Assembly: GCA_965216785.1 (NCBI GenBank)
Contig: OZ244197.1
Location: 1,856,001 to 1,920,000, forward strand
Reading direction: 5' to 3'
Length of the DNA stretch: 64,000 nucleotides
Origin: Thermodesulfobacteriota bacterium
GTDB taxonomy: Bacteria; Desulfobacterota_D; UBA1144; Nemesobacterales; UBA2774
Both the position numbers and the translations under genes were made by a program. Positions 10,056 to 19,393 of the stretch are shown here, piece by piece (within the stretch, counting starts at the first letter, position 1; each line of letters starts with the position of its first letter). A model generated the notes under the pieces. The model did no database searches. It worked only from the letters and a program-made list of their open reading frames with translations, and was not told the DNA's origin.

Positions 10056-10775
10056 ATGATTGATCTCCATTGCCACTTACTACCTAATATAGACGACGGC
10101 TCCTGCAGCTGGGAAGAGAGTCTCGACATGGTGCGTATGGCCCATGATGACGGGATTAAAGGGATAGTTACCACTCCTCACTGGATCGAGGGTACTAACT
10201 GGCAACCCGAAACAGGGGTGGTCAGAGATATGGTCGCTCAGATGAACCAAAGGATCGAGGATGCGGGGATGGATTTTAAGGTTTACTCCGGGATGGAGGT
10301 CGGGATTACGGCTAATTTAACAGGGCTTATTGAAAAAGACCGTATATTGACATTGGCTGAGGGAGATTACCTTCTCTTAGAGGTTCCGTTTCATTCGCTG
10401 CCGCTCGGGATAACCGAAATAATCTCTCAGCTCCGCTCGATAGATAAATGGGCGGTGCTCGCTCACCCGGAAAGAAACAGGGAGCTTCAGCAAAAACCCA
10501 AGAAGATTAAGGAATTTGTGGACGCGGGGGCTCTGGTACAAGTAACCGCGGGCAGTCTTGCCGGGGAGTTCGGGCAGAATGCCAGAAGGTGCGCGATTGA
10601 CTTTGCCAAGATGGACGCGCTGGACTTTGTTTCAACCGACGCTCATTCCGTTAGGTATAGAAAGCCGATAATTTCCGAAGGCCTGAAAGCGCTTGAGAAA
10701 GCGGTCGGTAAAGATAAGGTGGACTCGGTAACAGACGCGAGCTATAAGGTTGTGAATCTCGCCAGGCAGTCCTGA
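10056..10775 (+). CDS. CpsB/CapC-type PHP-family tyrosine phosphatase
   Basis: MIDLHCHLLPNIDDG, TTPH, LAHPERN, STDAH. Confidence 0.9.
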   Translation: MIDLHCHLLPNIDDGSCSWEESLDMVRMAHDDGIKGIVTTPHWIEGTNWQPETGVVRDMVAQMNQRIEDAGMDFKVYSGMEVGITANLTGLIEKDRILTLAEGDYLLLEVPFHSLPLGITEIISQLRSIDKWAVLAHPERNRELQQKPKKIKEFVDAGALVQVTAGSLAGEFGQNARRCAIDFAKMDALDFVSTDAHSVRYRKPIISEGLKALEKAVGKDKVDSVTDASYKVVNLARQS

Positions 10776-10785
10776 AAACAGCCGG

Positions 10786-11079
10786 CTAGCCATCTTTCTG
10801 CGAGTTCTGCATAAACTTCATTCTGAGATTATACAGGATATCCTCAAGAAGCTTCTTTTCAGTATCGTCCAGGTTGCCTTGAGTTTTGTCCTCGATTATT
10901 TCGAGTATCTCAATCGTGTGCTTGGCCGCCGGGAGGTTGACGCTTCTTTCCATGCTGTGAGGGTCCGGAATCTCTCCCATGTGGATCATCGAGGAGGCGT
11001 TAAGGGATAAGATAAATGCGGAAAAGTCCATTTGTAACTCTCCGGACTGTTTTGCGCTCTCTTTTTGTTCTTCACTCAT
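10786..11079 (-). CDS. DUF1844-like protein
   Basis: FSAFILSL...MGEIPDP...AKHTIEILEIIEDKTQGNL...LRMKF pattern; GGAGG RBS. Confidence 0.8.
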   Translation of the reverse strand: MSEEQKESAKQSGELQMDFSAFILSLNASSMIHMGEIPDPHSMERSVNLPAAKHTIEILEIIEDKTQGNLDDTEKKLLEDILYNLRMKFMQNSQKDG

Positions 11080-11194
11080 ATTGGTACTGACCTCCTGTTA
11101 AATCTTGCGTCTGATTTGTGAATTGCCGCATAATCTGCCGGGCTTTTCAATTATAGATTTGAACCCGGCTTACTGCAAGTCCGCGGCGGGAAAA

Positions 11195-12184
11195 TCACTT
11201 CATATATTTATTTAAGTCCGATCTCGGGTTATAGGGGCTTGAGTCCGCCAGCTCTTCAAATTTCTTGCGTTCTTTTTCCTCTATCTTGTCCGGCATAACT
11301 ATTTTTATCTCGACGTACTGATCGCCTCTGCGCCTGGTCTTTAGATTCGGCACACCCTTGCCTTTAAGTCTTAGCTTGGTGCCGCTCTGCACAGCCTTGG
11401 GTATAGAGACTTTAGCGGTGCCGTCTATTGTTGGTACGTCTATATTCTCCCCGAGCGCCGCTTCGTAGATTGTCACCGGGACTTCAACGTAAATATCGTC
11501 GTTATCTCTCTTAAACAGGGAATGGGGTTTTACCTTGATTCTAAGATACAGGTCTCCTTTCGAGCGCCCCGAGCTCTCGCCCTTACCCTGTACCCTGATC
11601 TTAGATCCGTTATCCACTCCGGCGGGTATCTTAACAGACAGTTTTTCGGTTGTTACCTTCCCGTTTCGCTGACGGCTGATCGATATATCCCGCACGCCGC
11701 CTCTTATGGCAGTCTCGAAATCGATTTCGATCTGATATTCGAGATCACGGCCCTTCCTCGGAGCGTCTCTGCCTGTGCTGCTGAATATGTCTCTGAATGA
11801 TTCTCCGCGGCTCCTGCCGTGTCTTGCGCGGCCGCCGAAACCAAAGATATCTTTGAATATGTCTTCAAAACCCGGGAAGTCCTGTGAGTTATAGCTGTAT
11901 TCGTAGCTGCCTTGCTGCTCGCCGGCCCGTCTCCACGTGGTCCTGCCTCCCGGCCTGAACTCAGCGCTTCCGAACATGTCGTAGGCCTTTCTCTTTTCGT
12001 CGTCCGAGAGTACCTCGTGGGCTTCCTGGATCTCTTTAAACTTTTCCTCTGCCGACTTGTCGTCGGGGTTATGGTCGGGGTGGTACTTCCTCGCAAGGCT
12101 CCTGTAGGCCTTTTTAATCTCGTCCTTTGTCGAGGTCTTCGATACACCGAGTATCTTGTAATAATCTTTTGTCGTAGTCGCCAT
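11195..12184 (-). CDS. DnaJ-class co-chaperone lacking the Zn finger (CbpA-like)
   Basis: J domain DYYKILGV...KYHPD, G/F-rich linker, C-terminal DnaJ_C; no CxxCxGxG repeats. Confidence 0.9.
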   Translation of the reverse strand: MATTTKDYYKILGVSKTSTKDEIKKAYRSLARKYHPDHNPDDKSAEEKFKEIQEAHEVLSDDEKRKAYDMFGSAEFRPGGRTTWRRAGEQQGSYEYSYNSQDFPGFEDIFKDIFGFGGRARHGRSRGESFRDIFSSTGRDAPRKGRDLEYQIEIDFETAIRGGVRDISISRQRNGKVTTEKLSVKIPAGVDNGSKIRVQGKGESSGRSKGDLYLRIKVKPHSLFKRDNDDIYVEVPVTIYEAALGENIDVPTIDGTAKVSIPKAVQSGTKLRLKGKGVPNLKTRRRGDQYVEIKIVMPDKIEEKERKKFEELADSSPYNPRSDLNKYMK

Positions 12185-12292
12185 TATTTTCTTTTACTTG
12201 GAATCTCTTTTACGTGATTATATTTCTTAGTACCTATAATTATAAGATAATAATCCCTAGTACGGGAACAAGAAAATTATAACCGGATTTGT

Positions 12293-13363
12293 CTATTTAG
12301 CTGAATCGATGTTGCTTAATATACTATCTGCTATTTCCATAAACGCCTTGGCCGCTGTACTCTCCGGGTGTGATTCTACGATGGGAACGCCCTGGTCCCC
12401 GCCTATTCTGATCTGCGGGTCAATGGGGATTTCCCCCAAAAACGGTACTTCGAACTTCTCCGCCATGCGTCTGCCGCCGCCCCTGCCGAAAATGTCCAGC
12501 GGCTCTGCTCCCTCTGGCTGCTCCAGGTAGCTCATGTTTTCTACAATCCCGAATATGGGGACGTTGAGCTTGCGGAACATCTGCACGCCGCGGCGTACGT
12601 CTATGAGCGCCACGTCCTGGGGGGTGGTTACGATTACGCCTCCGGACAGCGGAGCTGTCTGAACGAGTGATAGCTGAGCGTCTCCGGTGCCCGGCGGGAG
12701 GTCGATTACCAGATAGTCGGTCTCCTTCCACTCCACGTCTTCGATGAACTGTTTTATCGCTCCGTGCACCATGGGGCCCCGCCATATGACAGTTTCGTCC
12801 TCGTTTACTAAAAACCCTATGGACATAAGCTCCATTCCATGTTTTTTAAGCGGGATAATCTTGTTCTCTTCAGTCGCGTGAGGCCTTTCCTTTGTGCCAA
12901 GCATAGTGGGCAGGCTCGGCCCCCAGATGTCAGCGTCCATCAGGCCTACTTTGTCCCTTTTCTTAGCCATGGCTATGGCCAGGTTTACTGCCACGGTGGA
13001 CTTGCCTACGCCGCCTTTTCCGCTTGCTACCGCGATGTAGTGCTTTATATCGGGAAGTTTCGCCTTTTCCTGTGCCTTAGCTTGCGCGCTGCCTTGCGCC
13101 GGCGGGGTTTTCGGGGGACGCGCGCTAATTTGCACGTCTACTCCGTTTACGCCCGCGGTCTCGAGCACCGCTTTTGTGGCCGATTCCCGTATCTGCGCTT
13201 CAAGCTCGGGGTCCGGCTTTGGCAGGACCAAAGATAAAGCGACCTTTGCGTCCTCACTGATATTTATGTCTTTTACTATTCCGAAAGATACTATATCTCT
13301 TGTAAACCCGGGGTACTTTACGCCTTTTAGCGCGGCCCGGATATTCTCTTCTTTAAGCTCCAT
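12293..13363 (-). CDS. Mrp/ApbC iron-sulfur cluster carrier ATPase
   Basis: ASGKGGVGKST, IWRGPM, DLPPGTGD, VTTPQ, GIVENMS. Confidence 0.93.
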   Translation of the reverse strand: MELKEENIRAALKGVKYPGFTRDIVSFGIVKDINISEDAKVALSLVLPKPDPELEAQIRESATKAVLETAGVNGVDVQISARPPKTPPAQGSAQAKAQEKAKLPDIKHYIAVASGKGGVGKSTVAVNLAIAMAKKRDKVGLMDADIWGPSLPTMLGTKERPHATEENKIIPLKKHGMELMSIGFLVNEDETVIWRGPMVHGAIKQFIEDVEWKETDYLVIDLPPGTGDAQLSLVQTAPLSGGVIVTTPQDVALIDVRRGVQMFRKLNVPIFGIVENMSYLEQPEGAEPLDIFGRGGGRRMAEKFEVPFLGEIPIDPQIRIGGDQGVPIVESHPESTAAKAFMEIADSILSNIDSAK

Positions 13364-13407
13364 GTTGAGTTAGAATTCTCCCTTAGGTTATTTCAAGTTT
13401 GTGCTTT

Positions 13408-13821
13408 TTAAGAAATACCAAGCTTCTCTCTTGCTTCATCGGACATCATGTCCGGGTTCCATGGCGGGTCCCAGACTACTTCCACAAGGACGTTGTCGGC
13501 CCCAGCTCCTCTGACCGCATCCTCCGCCTGCTGGGCTATCATGGCGCCCATTCCGCAGCCCGGAGTGGTGAGCGTCATCTTTATGTTGACGTTTGAGCCA
13601 GAAGAAATGATTACGTCGTAAATGAGCCCCAGGTCAACGATGCTGACCGGGATTTCGGGGTCGTAGACCTCTTTTAACGAGGCATAGACTATATCCTGGG
13701 TAAGCTCAACGCCAGAGGGCTCTTTTTTCTCCGTTTTCTCGATTTTCTTGAAAGATACGCCCTGGCCCGCTGTATTCTCAGGCTCGTCTTTTTTAATGCT
13801 GATGATTTTTTTCATTCCCAT
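13408..13821 (-). CDS. DUF59 / SufT-like Fe-S assembly protein
   Basis: VYDPEIPVSIVDLGLIY, MTLTTPGCGM, VWDPPW. Confidence 0.9.
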   Translation of the reverse strand: MGMKKIISIKKDEPENTAGQGVSFKKIEKTEKKEPSGVELTQDIVYASLKEVYDPEIPVSIVDLGLIYDVIISSGSNVNIKMTLTTPGCGMGAMIAQQAEDAVRGAGADNVLVEVVWDPPWNPDMMSDEAREKLGIS

Positions 13822-13985
13822 TACTCTTTCTCCTGTGAATCTCCCTCTTTGATAACACGGGTTTTTTCAATATTTTCGATATGTAGTATACCGGACAATT
13901 TAAATAGTTAGGAGTCTTAAAGAGTTATTTTGAGCGGGGAATTTAATTTAAACGGGGGGAGGTGTCAAGGAGGGGGACATAGATT

Positions 13986-14270
13986 CCTTCCCCCTTGACG
14001 GGGGAAGGTAAGGATGGGGTGATTTTATCCCCCTCACCTTTAATCCTCTCCCACCCTGGTGGAAGTGCCGCCACCACTTCGGCGCGTTTCTTCACCTACA
14101 CCTTCAAAATATGAAGGGGTAGGTGTTCAATTTTTGAAGGAGGGGCTTCAAAATTTGAACCCTAAGGAATACAGAGATAAGGAAAACACAGCCAAGGAAG
14201 ACACAGAAAAGAAAGTAACTCGCAAAAAACGCGTGGAAGAAGCTTGCCCGGGGCGAGGCCCGGAATGACT
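13986..14270. repeat. Intergenic cluster of REP-like palindromes and short repeats
   Basis: ccttccccc-ttgac-gggggaagg (13986-14008); ggggtga...cccctcacc-tttaatcctctccc; cacctacaccttca-aaata-tgaaggggtaggtg (14093-14125); AAGGAA..CA(C)AG repeats near 14165-14206. Confidence 0.6.
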
Positions 14271-15015
14271 ATAACAAATCTTCTGAGCGGTTCCACAGCC
14301 ACAGTGTGGTTGCAACGGTTGGAATAAACATGAACCACGTTCCATATAGACCGATCGCGAACCCTGCAAACGGGGCGGGCAGCAGTGCTCCCACGGCCAT
14401 TGTCAGAACCAACACCCCGAGGGGCGACACAATGATGTACCAGCGCGGGTACAATGTCCGCCCGCTCAGGATTCCAACGCCATGCCAAACTGAGCCTATG
14501 TAAAAAGCCAATTCCGCCGTTAAATCTCCCATGAAAAAATGATTGACAATTAAACGGTTGGCCGTTTCATAAAATAAAGCGTCAGTAGAGCCTACCAGGG
14601 CTTTTGCCTGCGCCAGCACGCTCAGGAACGCAAACCCGGCGTGTTGTATGCCTCCGATCATAAGAAGTGCATAAGCAAGTATTACGCAAGGCACGGCGGC
14701 GAGCCAAAACCCGGCGCGTCTCATGCCGATCCACCAGTGGTAATACGACAAGGTGTAAATGGGGTAGAGCCAGCCTGCTGTTTGCGCCATCATTATCATC
14801 CAGTGAGGGCGGTTGCCAGCGGTGCTAATCAGGTCCCATGCCGCGGGAGAAAAGTAATCAAGACCGCTGAGCGTGGGAGAAAAGTAATCAAGACCGCTGA
14901 GCGTGGGAGAATAGGCATAAATAAAGTCACACACGCCGTTCCAGAGTATGAGTATGGAAATGATAACGCCTATGAGCCGGAGACGATCTCTGAGAGCATT
15001 ACTTTGTGCCGTCAT
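14269..15015 (-). CDS. Multi-pass membrane protein of unknown function with an internal 10-aa duplication
   Basis: About 6 hydrophobic segments; GGAG RBS; SPTLSGLDYF occurs twice. Confidence 0.7.
   Translation of the reverse strand: MTAQSNALRDRLRLIGVIISILILWNGVCDFIYAYSPTLSGLDYFSPTLSGLDYFSPAAWDLISTAGNRPHWMIMMAQTAGWLYPIYTLSYYHWWIGMRRAGFWLAAVPCVILAYALLMIGGIQHAGFAFLSVLAQAKALVGSTDALFYETANRLIVNHFFMGDLTAELAFYIGSVWHGVGILSGRTLYPRWYIIVSPLGVLVLTMAVGALLPAPFAGFAIGLYGTWFMFIPTVATTLWLWNRSEDLL
14845..14911. repeat. Perfect 30-bp tandem duplication (2.2 copies), in frame
   Basis: gggagaaaagtaatcaagaccgctgagcgt at 14845 and 14875, followed by gggagaa. Confidence 0.95.
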
Positions 15016-15200
15016 TTATTTACAGCTCCATGTTTTTTATATCTAGTTAGTACTTGAATTATAACACCCAAACTCTCAAGGAGGATCGAAGGTTTAAACA
15101 CACCTTGAAACATCCGCCGGCTATTGTATATTTACAGCCCAATAATCCAGGTCATAAATATTCAGATTTTCAGCATCTATAACACAGGTAAAACAGCCAC

Positions 15201-16784
15201 ATGGAATCGCTCTTAAGCGGAAATCTCTCACTCGTAATCTTCTTCCCGCTCATCGGGATACCACTCATCGTACTTTTTTCATACATTTTCGAGGACTCTG
15301 TCGAGGAAATGAAGTGGCTCGCTTTGGGTGTGACACTGATAGAGTTCATAATTTCCCTCCCGCTATTCATAAGCTTTGAGACCGGCAGCGCGGCGATGCA
15401 GTTCGTAACCAAAATCCCCTGGATCGAGAGCCTCGGCATCAGCTATCACGTGGGGATTGACGGCATAAGCCTATTTTTAGTGCTCCTAACGACGTTTATT
15501 ATGCCCATCACCGTGCTCAGCGCTTGGAACGCTGTAGAAAAGGGTATGCGCGAATTCCTCATGCTGATGCTGCTTCTCGAATCTGCCCTAATAGGTACGT
15601 TCCTTGCCTTAGATATGGTCCTCTTTTTCATCTTCTGGGAGGCGGTGCTGATACCGATGTACTTTATAATCGGCATATGGGGTACGGAGAGAAGGATTTA
15701 CGCCGCGGTGAAGTTCTTTATATACACTGCGTTTGGAAGCGCGCTCATGTTTATAGCTATTCTATATCTATTTTTCGCGCACCTTCAGCAGTTCGGCGTG
15801 CCATCGATGGACGTACTGGATTTCTATAAAGTTTCACTTCCGTTTGACGGCATACTCAGCCCTCAGGGGCTGGCGTTCCTTGCGTTTTTCCTTGCGTTTG
15901 CGATTAAAGTGCCCATGTTCCCGTTCCACACATGGCTGCCCGACGCTCACGTAGAGGCGCCTACGGCCGGCAGCGTGATACTTGCGGCGGTGCTCCTGAA
16001 GATGGGCACATACGGGTTCGTCAGGTTCCTTATGCCGTTTTTCCCTGAAGCAACGGTTGAGTATCTGCCGATACTCATTGCAATAGCCATAATTGGAATA
16101 ATCTACGGCGCGTTTGTCGCGTTCGCTCAAAAAGACCTGAAGAAACTAGTTGCGTACTCAAGCGTTAGCCACCTTGGGATGGTGATGCTCGGCATTTTCG
16201 TCCTTAACATTCAGGGCGTTCAGGGCGGGATTTATCAGATGATTAACCACGGGCTTTCTACAGGCGCATTATTCCTGATAGTCGGAATGATTTACGAGAG
16301 GCGGCACACGAAAAAGATCGCCGAGTTCGGCGGTATAGCCGCGGTGATGCCGATTTTCGCCGCGTTTTTCCTACTGGCGACTTTGTCATCAATAGGGCTT
16401 CCGCTCTTAAATGGTTTTGTAGGTGAGTTTCTGATTCTGCTTGGAGCTTTTGAATTTAACTACATATATGCCGTATTGGGAGCAACGGGAATAATACTAG
16501 GCGCGGTCTACATGCTCTGGGCATACCAGAAAGTTATGTTCGGGCCGCTTGATAAAGCCGCGAATAAACTGCTCTCGGACATTAACCTCAGAGAAATCTT
16601 GGTTCTCCTACCGCTCGCTATAATGATGTTTGTTATGGGTATCTATCCAAAGCCGTTCCTTGAGAGAATGGAGCCTTCTGTCCAGGCGCTGTTGGACAAT
16701 AAGTTCAGCAGTGAGGCTGTAGTTATCAAGCCTCAAGACGAGCGTCGATCTCAGGATCTATCTTATCTAATATCTCACGAATAA
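15201..16784 (+). CDS. nuoM: NADH-quinone oxidoreductase subunit M (orphan)
   Basis: GIDGISL, FWEAVLIPMY, KVPMFPFHTWLPDAHVEAPT, LLKMGTYG, AYSSVSH. Confidence 0.93.
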   Translation: MESLLSGNLSLVIFFPLIGIPLIVLFSYIFEDSVEEMKWLALGVTLIEFIISLPLFISFETGSAAMQFVTKIPWIESLGISYHVGIDGISLFLVLLTTFIMPITVLSAWNAVEKGMREFLMLMLLLESALIGTFLALDMVLFFIFWEAVLIPMYFIIGIWGTERRIYAAVKFFIYTAFGSALMFIAILYLFFAHLQQFGVPSMDVLDFYKVSLPFDGILSPQGLAFLAFFLAFAIKVPMFPFHTWLPDAHVEAPTAGSVILAAVLLKMGTYGFVRFLMPFFPEATVEYLPILIAIAIIGIIYGAFVAFAQKDLKKLVAYSSVSHLGMVMLGIFVLNIQGVQGGIYQMINHGLSTGALFLIVGMIYERRHTKKIAEFGGIAAVMPIFAAFFLLATLSSIGLPLLNGFVGEFLILLGAFEFNYIYAVLGATGIILGAVYMLWAYQKVMFGPLDKAANKLLSDINLREILVLLPLAIMMFVMGIYPKPFLERMEPSVQALLDNKFSSEAVVIKPQDERRSQDLSYLISHE

Positions 16785-17766
16785 CGTCGTCCTGTTTTAT
16801 CCCCTCGGCCTCGGCCCTGAAATTGAGCACCACTCTGTGCTTGAGCACAGCGGGGGCAATGGCTTTTACATCCTCTGTGGACGGAGTGTAACGGCCATCC
16901 AGCACCGCCCGCGCTTTCGCGCCCAGTATGAGATATTGAGAAGCCCTCGGGCCCACGCCGAAGTAAACACCCTGGCGGACAGATTCGGGTGTGTTAGGGT
17001 CGTCGGGTCTTGTGGCTCTCGCGACCTTCACGGCGTAAGAGGCCACGTGGTCTGACACAGGGACCCTGTGTACCAGCTCCTGGTAGGCGAGAATCTTTGT
17101 AGAGTCCAGGATTTTTTTAAGATCGGGTACATATGTCCCAGTCGTATTTTTAACTATCTCGACCTCTTCCTGATACGAAGGGTAGGAGACGTCTATCTGG
17201 AACATAAATCTGTCGAGCTCGGCCTCGGGCAGAGGGTAGGTGCCCTCCTGCTCGATAGGGTTTTGAGTGGCGAATACCAGAAACGGAGGGGCAATTGGAT
17301 AGGTCTCGCCCCCTACAGTGACTTTCTTTTCCTGCATGGCTTGAAGCAGAGCCGCCTGCGTCTTAGGTGAAGCCCTGTTTATCTCGTCGGCAAGCAGGAT
17401 ATTGCAGAAAATGGGGCCGTGTATGAACCTGAAGAATCTCGTATCCGATGAAGAGTCCTTCTCGAGCACCTCTGAACCTGTAATGTCAGAGGGCATGAGG
17501 TCAGGGGTGAACTGCACACGGTTGAATTTAAGACTCAATACGTCTGAAAGCGTGCTTACGAGTAGGGTCTTCGCGAGCCCCGGCACGCCTACGAATAGCG
17601 AGTGCCCTGAGGACATGAGCGATATCAATAGAAGCTCGATTACTTTGTCCTGACCCACTATGACTTTTCCTATTTCTGTCAGAACTTCCCCTTTAATCTC
17701 GGCAAGCTCCTTAACCAGCGCTACATCTTCATTGTTTACATTTTCACTCTGAATTTGGCTGCTCAT
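16726..17766 (-). CDS. MoxR-family AAA+ ATPase
   Basis: GVPGLAKT, RVQFTPDLMPSDITG, LADEINRA, ATQNPIEQEGTYPLPEAELDRF. Confidence 0.95.
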   Translation of the reverse strand: MSSQIQSENVNNEDVALVKELAEIKGEVLTEIGKVIVGQDKVIELLLISLMSSGHSLFVGVPGLAKTLLVSTLSDVLSLKFNRVQFTPDLMPSDITGSEVLEKDSSSDTRFFRFIHGPIFCNILLADEINRASPKTQAALLQAMQEKKVTVGGETYPIAPPFLVFATQNPIEQEGTYPLPEAELDRFMFQIDVSYPSYQEEVEIVKNTTGTYVPDLKKILDSTKILAYQELVHRVPVSDHVASYAVKVARATRPDDPNTPESVRQGVYFGVGPRASQYLILGAKARAVLDGRYTPSTEDVKAIAPAVLKHRVVLNFRAEAEGIKQDDVIREILDKIDPEIDARLEA

Positions 17767-19393
17767 TAACTGTCTCCCTCATTAGTAGTATATTCAATAT
17801 TTCCCTTTCACGCTCGGCGGATTGCTTCTTGCCCTGCTCTTCATATATGTAAATCAGCGAGTCGTGAATGACGGGGTCAAACGGGTTTATCGCGATTGCT
17901 GTTTGAAACGCTTCCTCGGCTTTTGAGAGGTTACCTTTTTCCATAAAAATTTTCCCGAGGATCATGTGAAGTCCAATATAGTCAGGATAAATCTCTAATA
18001 CCGGGTCGATTACTTCCCGGGCTTTATCCGCTTTCCCGGAAGATGTGAGACTGGAGGCGAGTCTTGTGGTGATGATAGGCGAAGAAGGGTCGTACTGAAG
18101 GGCTTTTTCATATTCGTAAGCAGACGAGCTTACCCTGCCTCTCATCCGCAGCAGGTCTCCGAGCCTTGTATGGTCGCGGGCCCTTTTATCGTCAATATCC
18201 ACGAGGTCCTCTGAGTCATCATCCGACTCATCCTGGTTATTGGAAATCCTGACCCCTTTTACCTTAAGGTCTGTAATCTTCTCCTCAAGCTCTTTTGAAT
18301 GAAGGTCGTCTTTCCAGGACTGATAGAAAGTGTCAAAGTCCATCCCTGTGACATTACTTATGGCGGCTTTATAATCGTTCGTTTCTTTAATTTGAAGAAT
18401 TAGCTCTACAAGAGCGTCCCCGCCCCAATTATCTACCAGGTAGCTTATGGTTGTGCCTGCCTGGGCAAACGCGAGCTGGGCCTCAGCGGCGCTGTCAAGC
18501 AAAGCAAGAGAAGGGTGCATTTTTTCAATCGGCACTAGCTCGTCTTTTTCGAGCGCCCCCGCAAGCATCGTCTCATAGAACGGGCTCAGAACGTCGGCTT
18601 TCTTTTCCTTCCACCTCTTTTCCTGAAATTTAGCTATACCCTCGTGAAGCCACACAGGCACCGTGTTGCCGCTCTTTAAAAATACTAAATAATGAACGTA
18701 CTCGTGAGCCAGAGTATCGGCCCACGTGTAGCCCCGGGGCAGGAGCCTTGGCGAGAGGATCATGATGCGGTTGAATTTACATATGCCCACCACGCCTGTC
18801 GTCTCGACGCTGCTGGAAGAAAGTGTGGAGGCGAGTGTGAAGCTCTCCATGTCGGGGTATATCTCCACTATTACGGGCTCTTCGGGATAGGTCTTGAGGT
18901 CAAGGCCTATTTCATAGCGCGATTTTTCGAGCACGTCTTTTCCGTACTCGGCCAGTACGCGGTCTCTGGGGTCGGCGTAGCGGATAATAAAATTATCTGT
19001 CCTATATTCTTCGAACTCAGGCGCCGTCTCGCCTGCTTTGGATATAAATGTAATGAATCCCTTATCGAGGTTAAAAGCGTCTGAGGAGAGGGCTTGGTCT
19101 GCATACTCGCCAGCCTCTTTGTAATTTCCCTTATGGAATTCTACGATAGCGCTGTAATAGTCGGCGTGCGCTCTGTCGGCTTGGGACTCGGCAATATCAC
19201 GGGCTTTCTCTACCGCGCTAGATGCGCCTTTAATGTCCCAGAGCTTTATCCCTTGCTCTACGGAATTGAACAGCTTTGCTATCTCGCTCGGCTCCTTCGC
19301 GCCCGGCTCTTTTTCTTGAGCCTCCGCGTTAAGAGCCGTGAGGAGTAACAGCGCTACAAATAGTATTCCAGTAGGGTTAATAAAAGATCTCAT
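17744..19393 (-). CDS. Secreted gluzincin-type (peptidase MA-like) metallopeptidase with TPR repeats
   Basis: Signal peptide; LAHEYVH and PVWLHEGIA; TPR-like helices at both ends. Confidence 0.8.
   Translation of the reverse strand: MRSFINPTGILFVALLLLTALNAEAQEKEPGAKEPSEIAKLFNSVEQGIKLWDIKGASSAVEKARDIAESQADRAHADYYSAIVEFHKGNYKEAGEYADQALSSDAFNLDKGFITFISKAGETAPEFEEYRTDNFIIRYADPRDRVLAEYGKDVLEKSRYEIGLDLKTYPEEPVIVEIYPDMESFTLASTLSSSSVETTGVVGICKFNRIMILSPRLLPRGYTWADTLAHEYVHYLVFLKSGNTVPVWLHEGIAKFQEKRWKEKKADVLSPFYETMLAGALEKDELVPIEKMHPSLALLDSAAEAQLAFAQAGTTISYLVDNWGGDALVELILQIKETNDYKAAISNVTGMDFDTFYQSWKDDLHSKELEEKITDLKVKGVRISNNQDESDDDSEDLVDIDDKRARDHTRLGDLLRMRGRVSSSAYEYEKALQYDPSSPIITTRLASSLTSSGKADKAREVIDPVLEIYPDYIGLHMILGKIFMEKGNLSKAEEAFQTAIAINPFDPVIHDSLIYIYEEQGKKQSAEREREILNILLMRETVNEQPNSE

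Noticed and set aside
9933-10076. 48-aa N-terminal extension of HldE overlapping the divergent phosphatase gene
   Set aside because: AT-rich promoter-like sequence; family similarity begins near MKTTDII at 9932.
14059-14503. Short ORFs in the palindrome-rich gap
   Set aside because: They translate repeat or hairpin sequence or the antisense of the membrane-protein gene, and have no convincing RBS.
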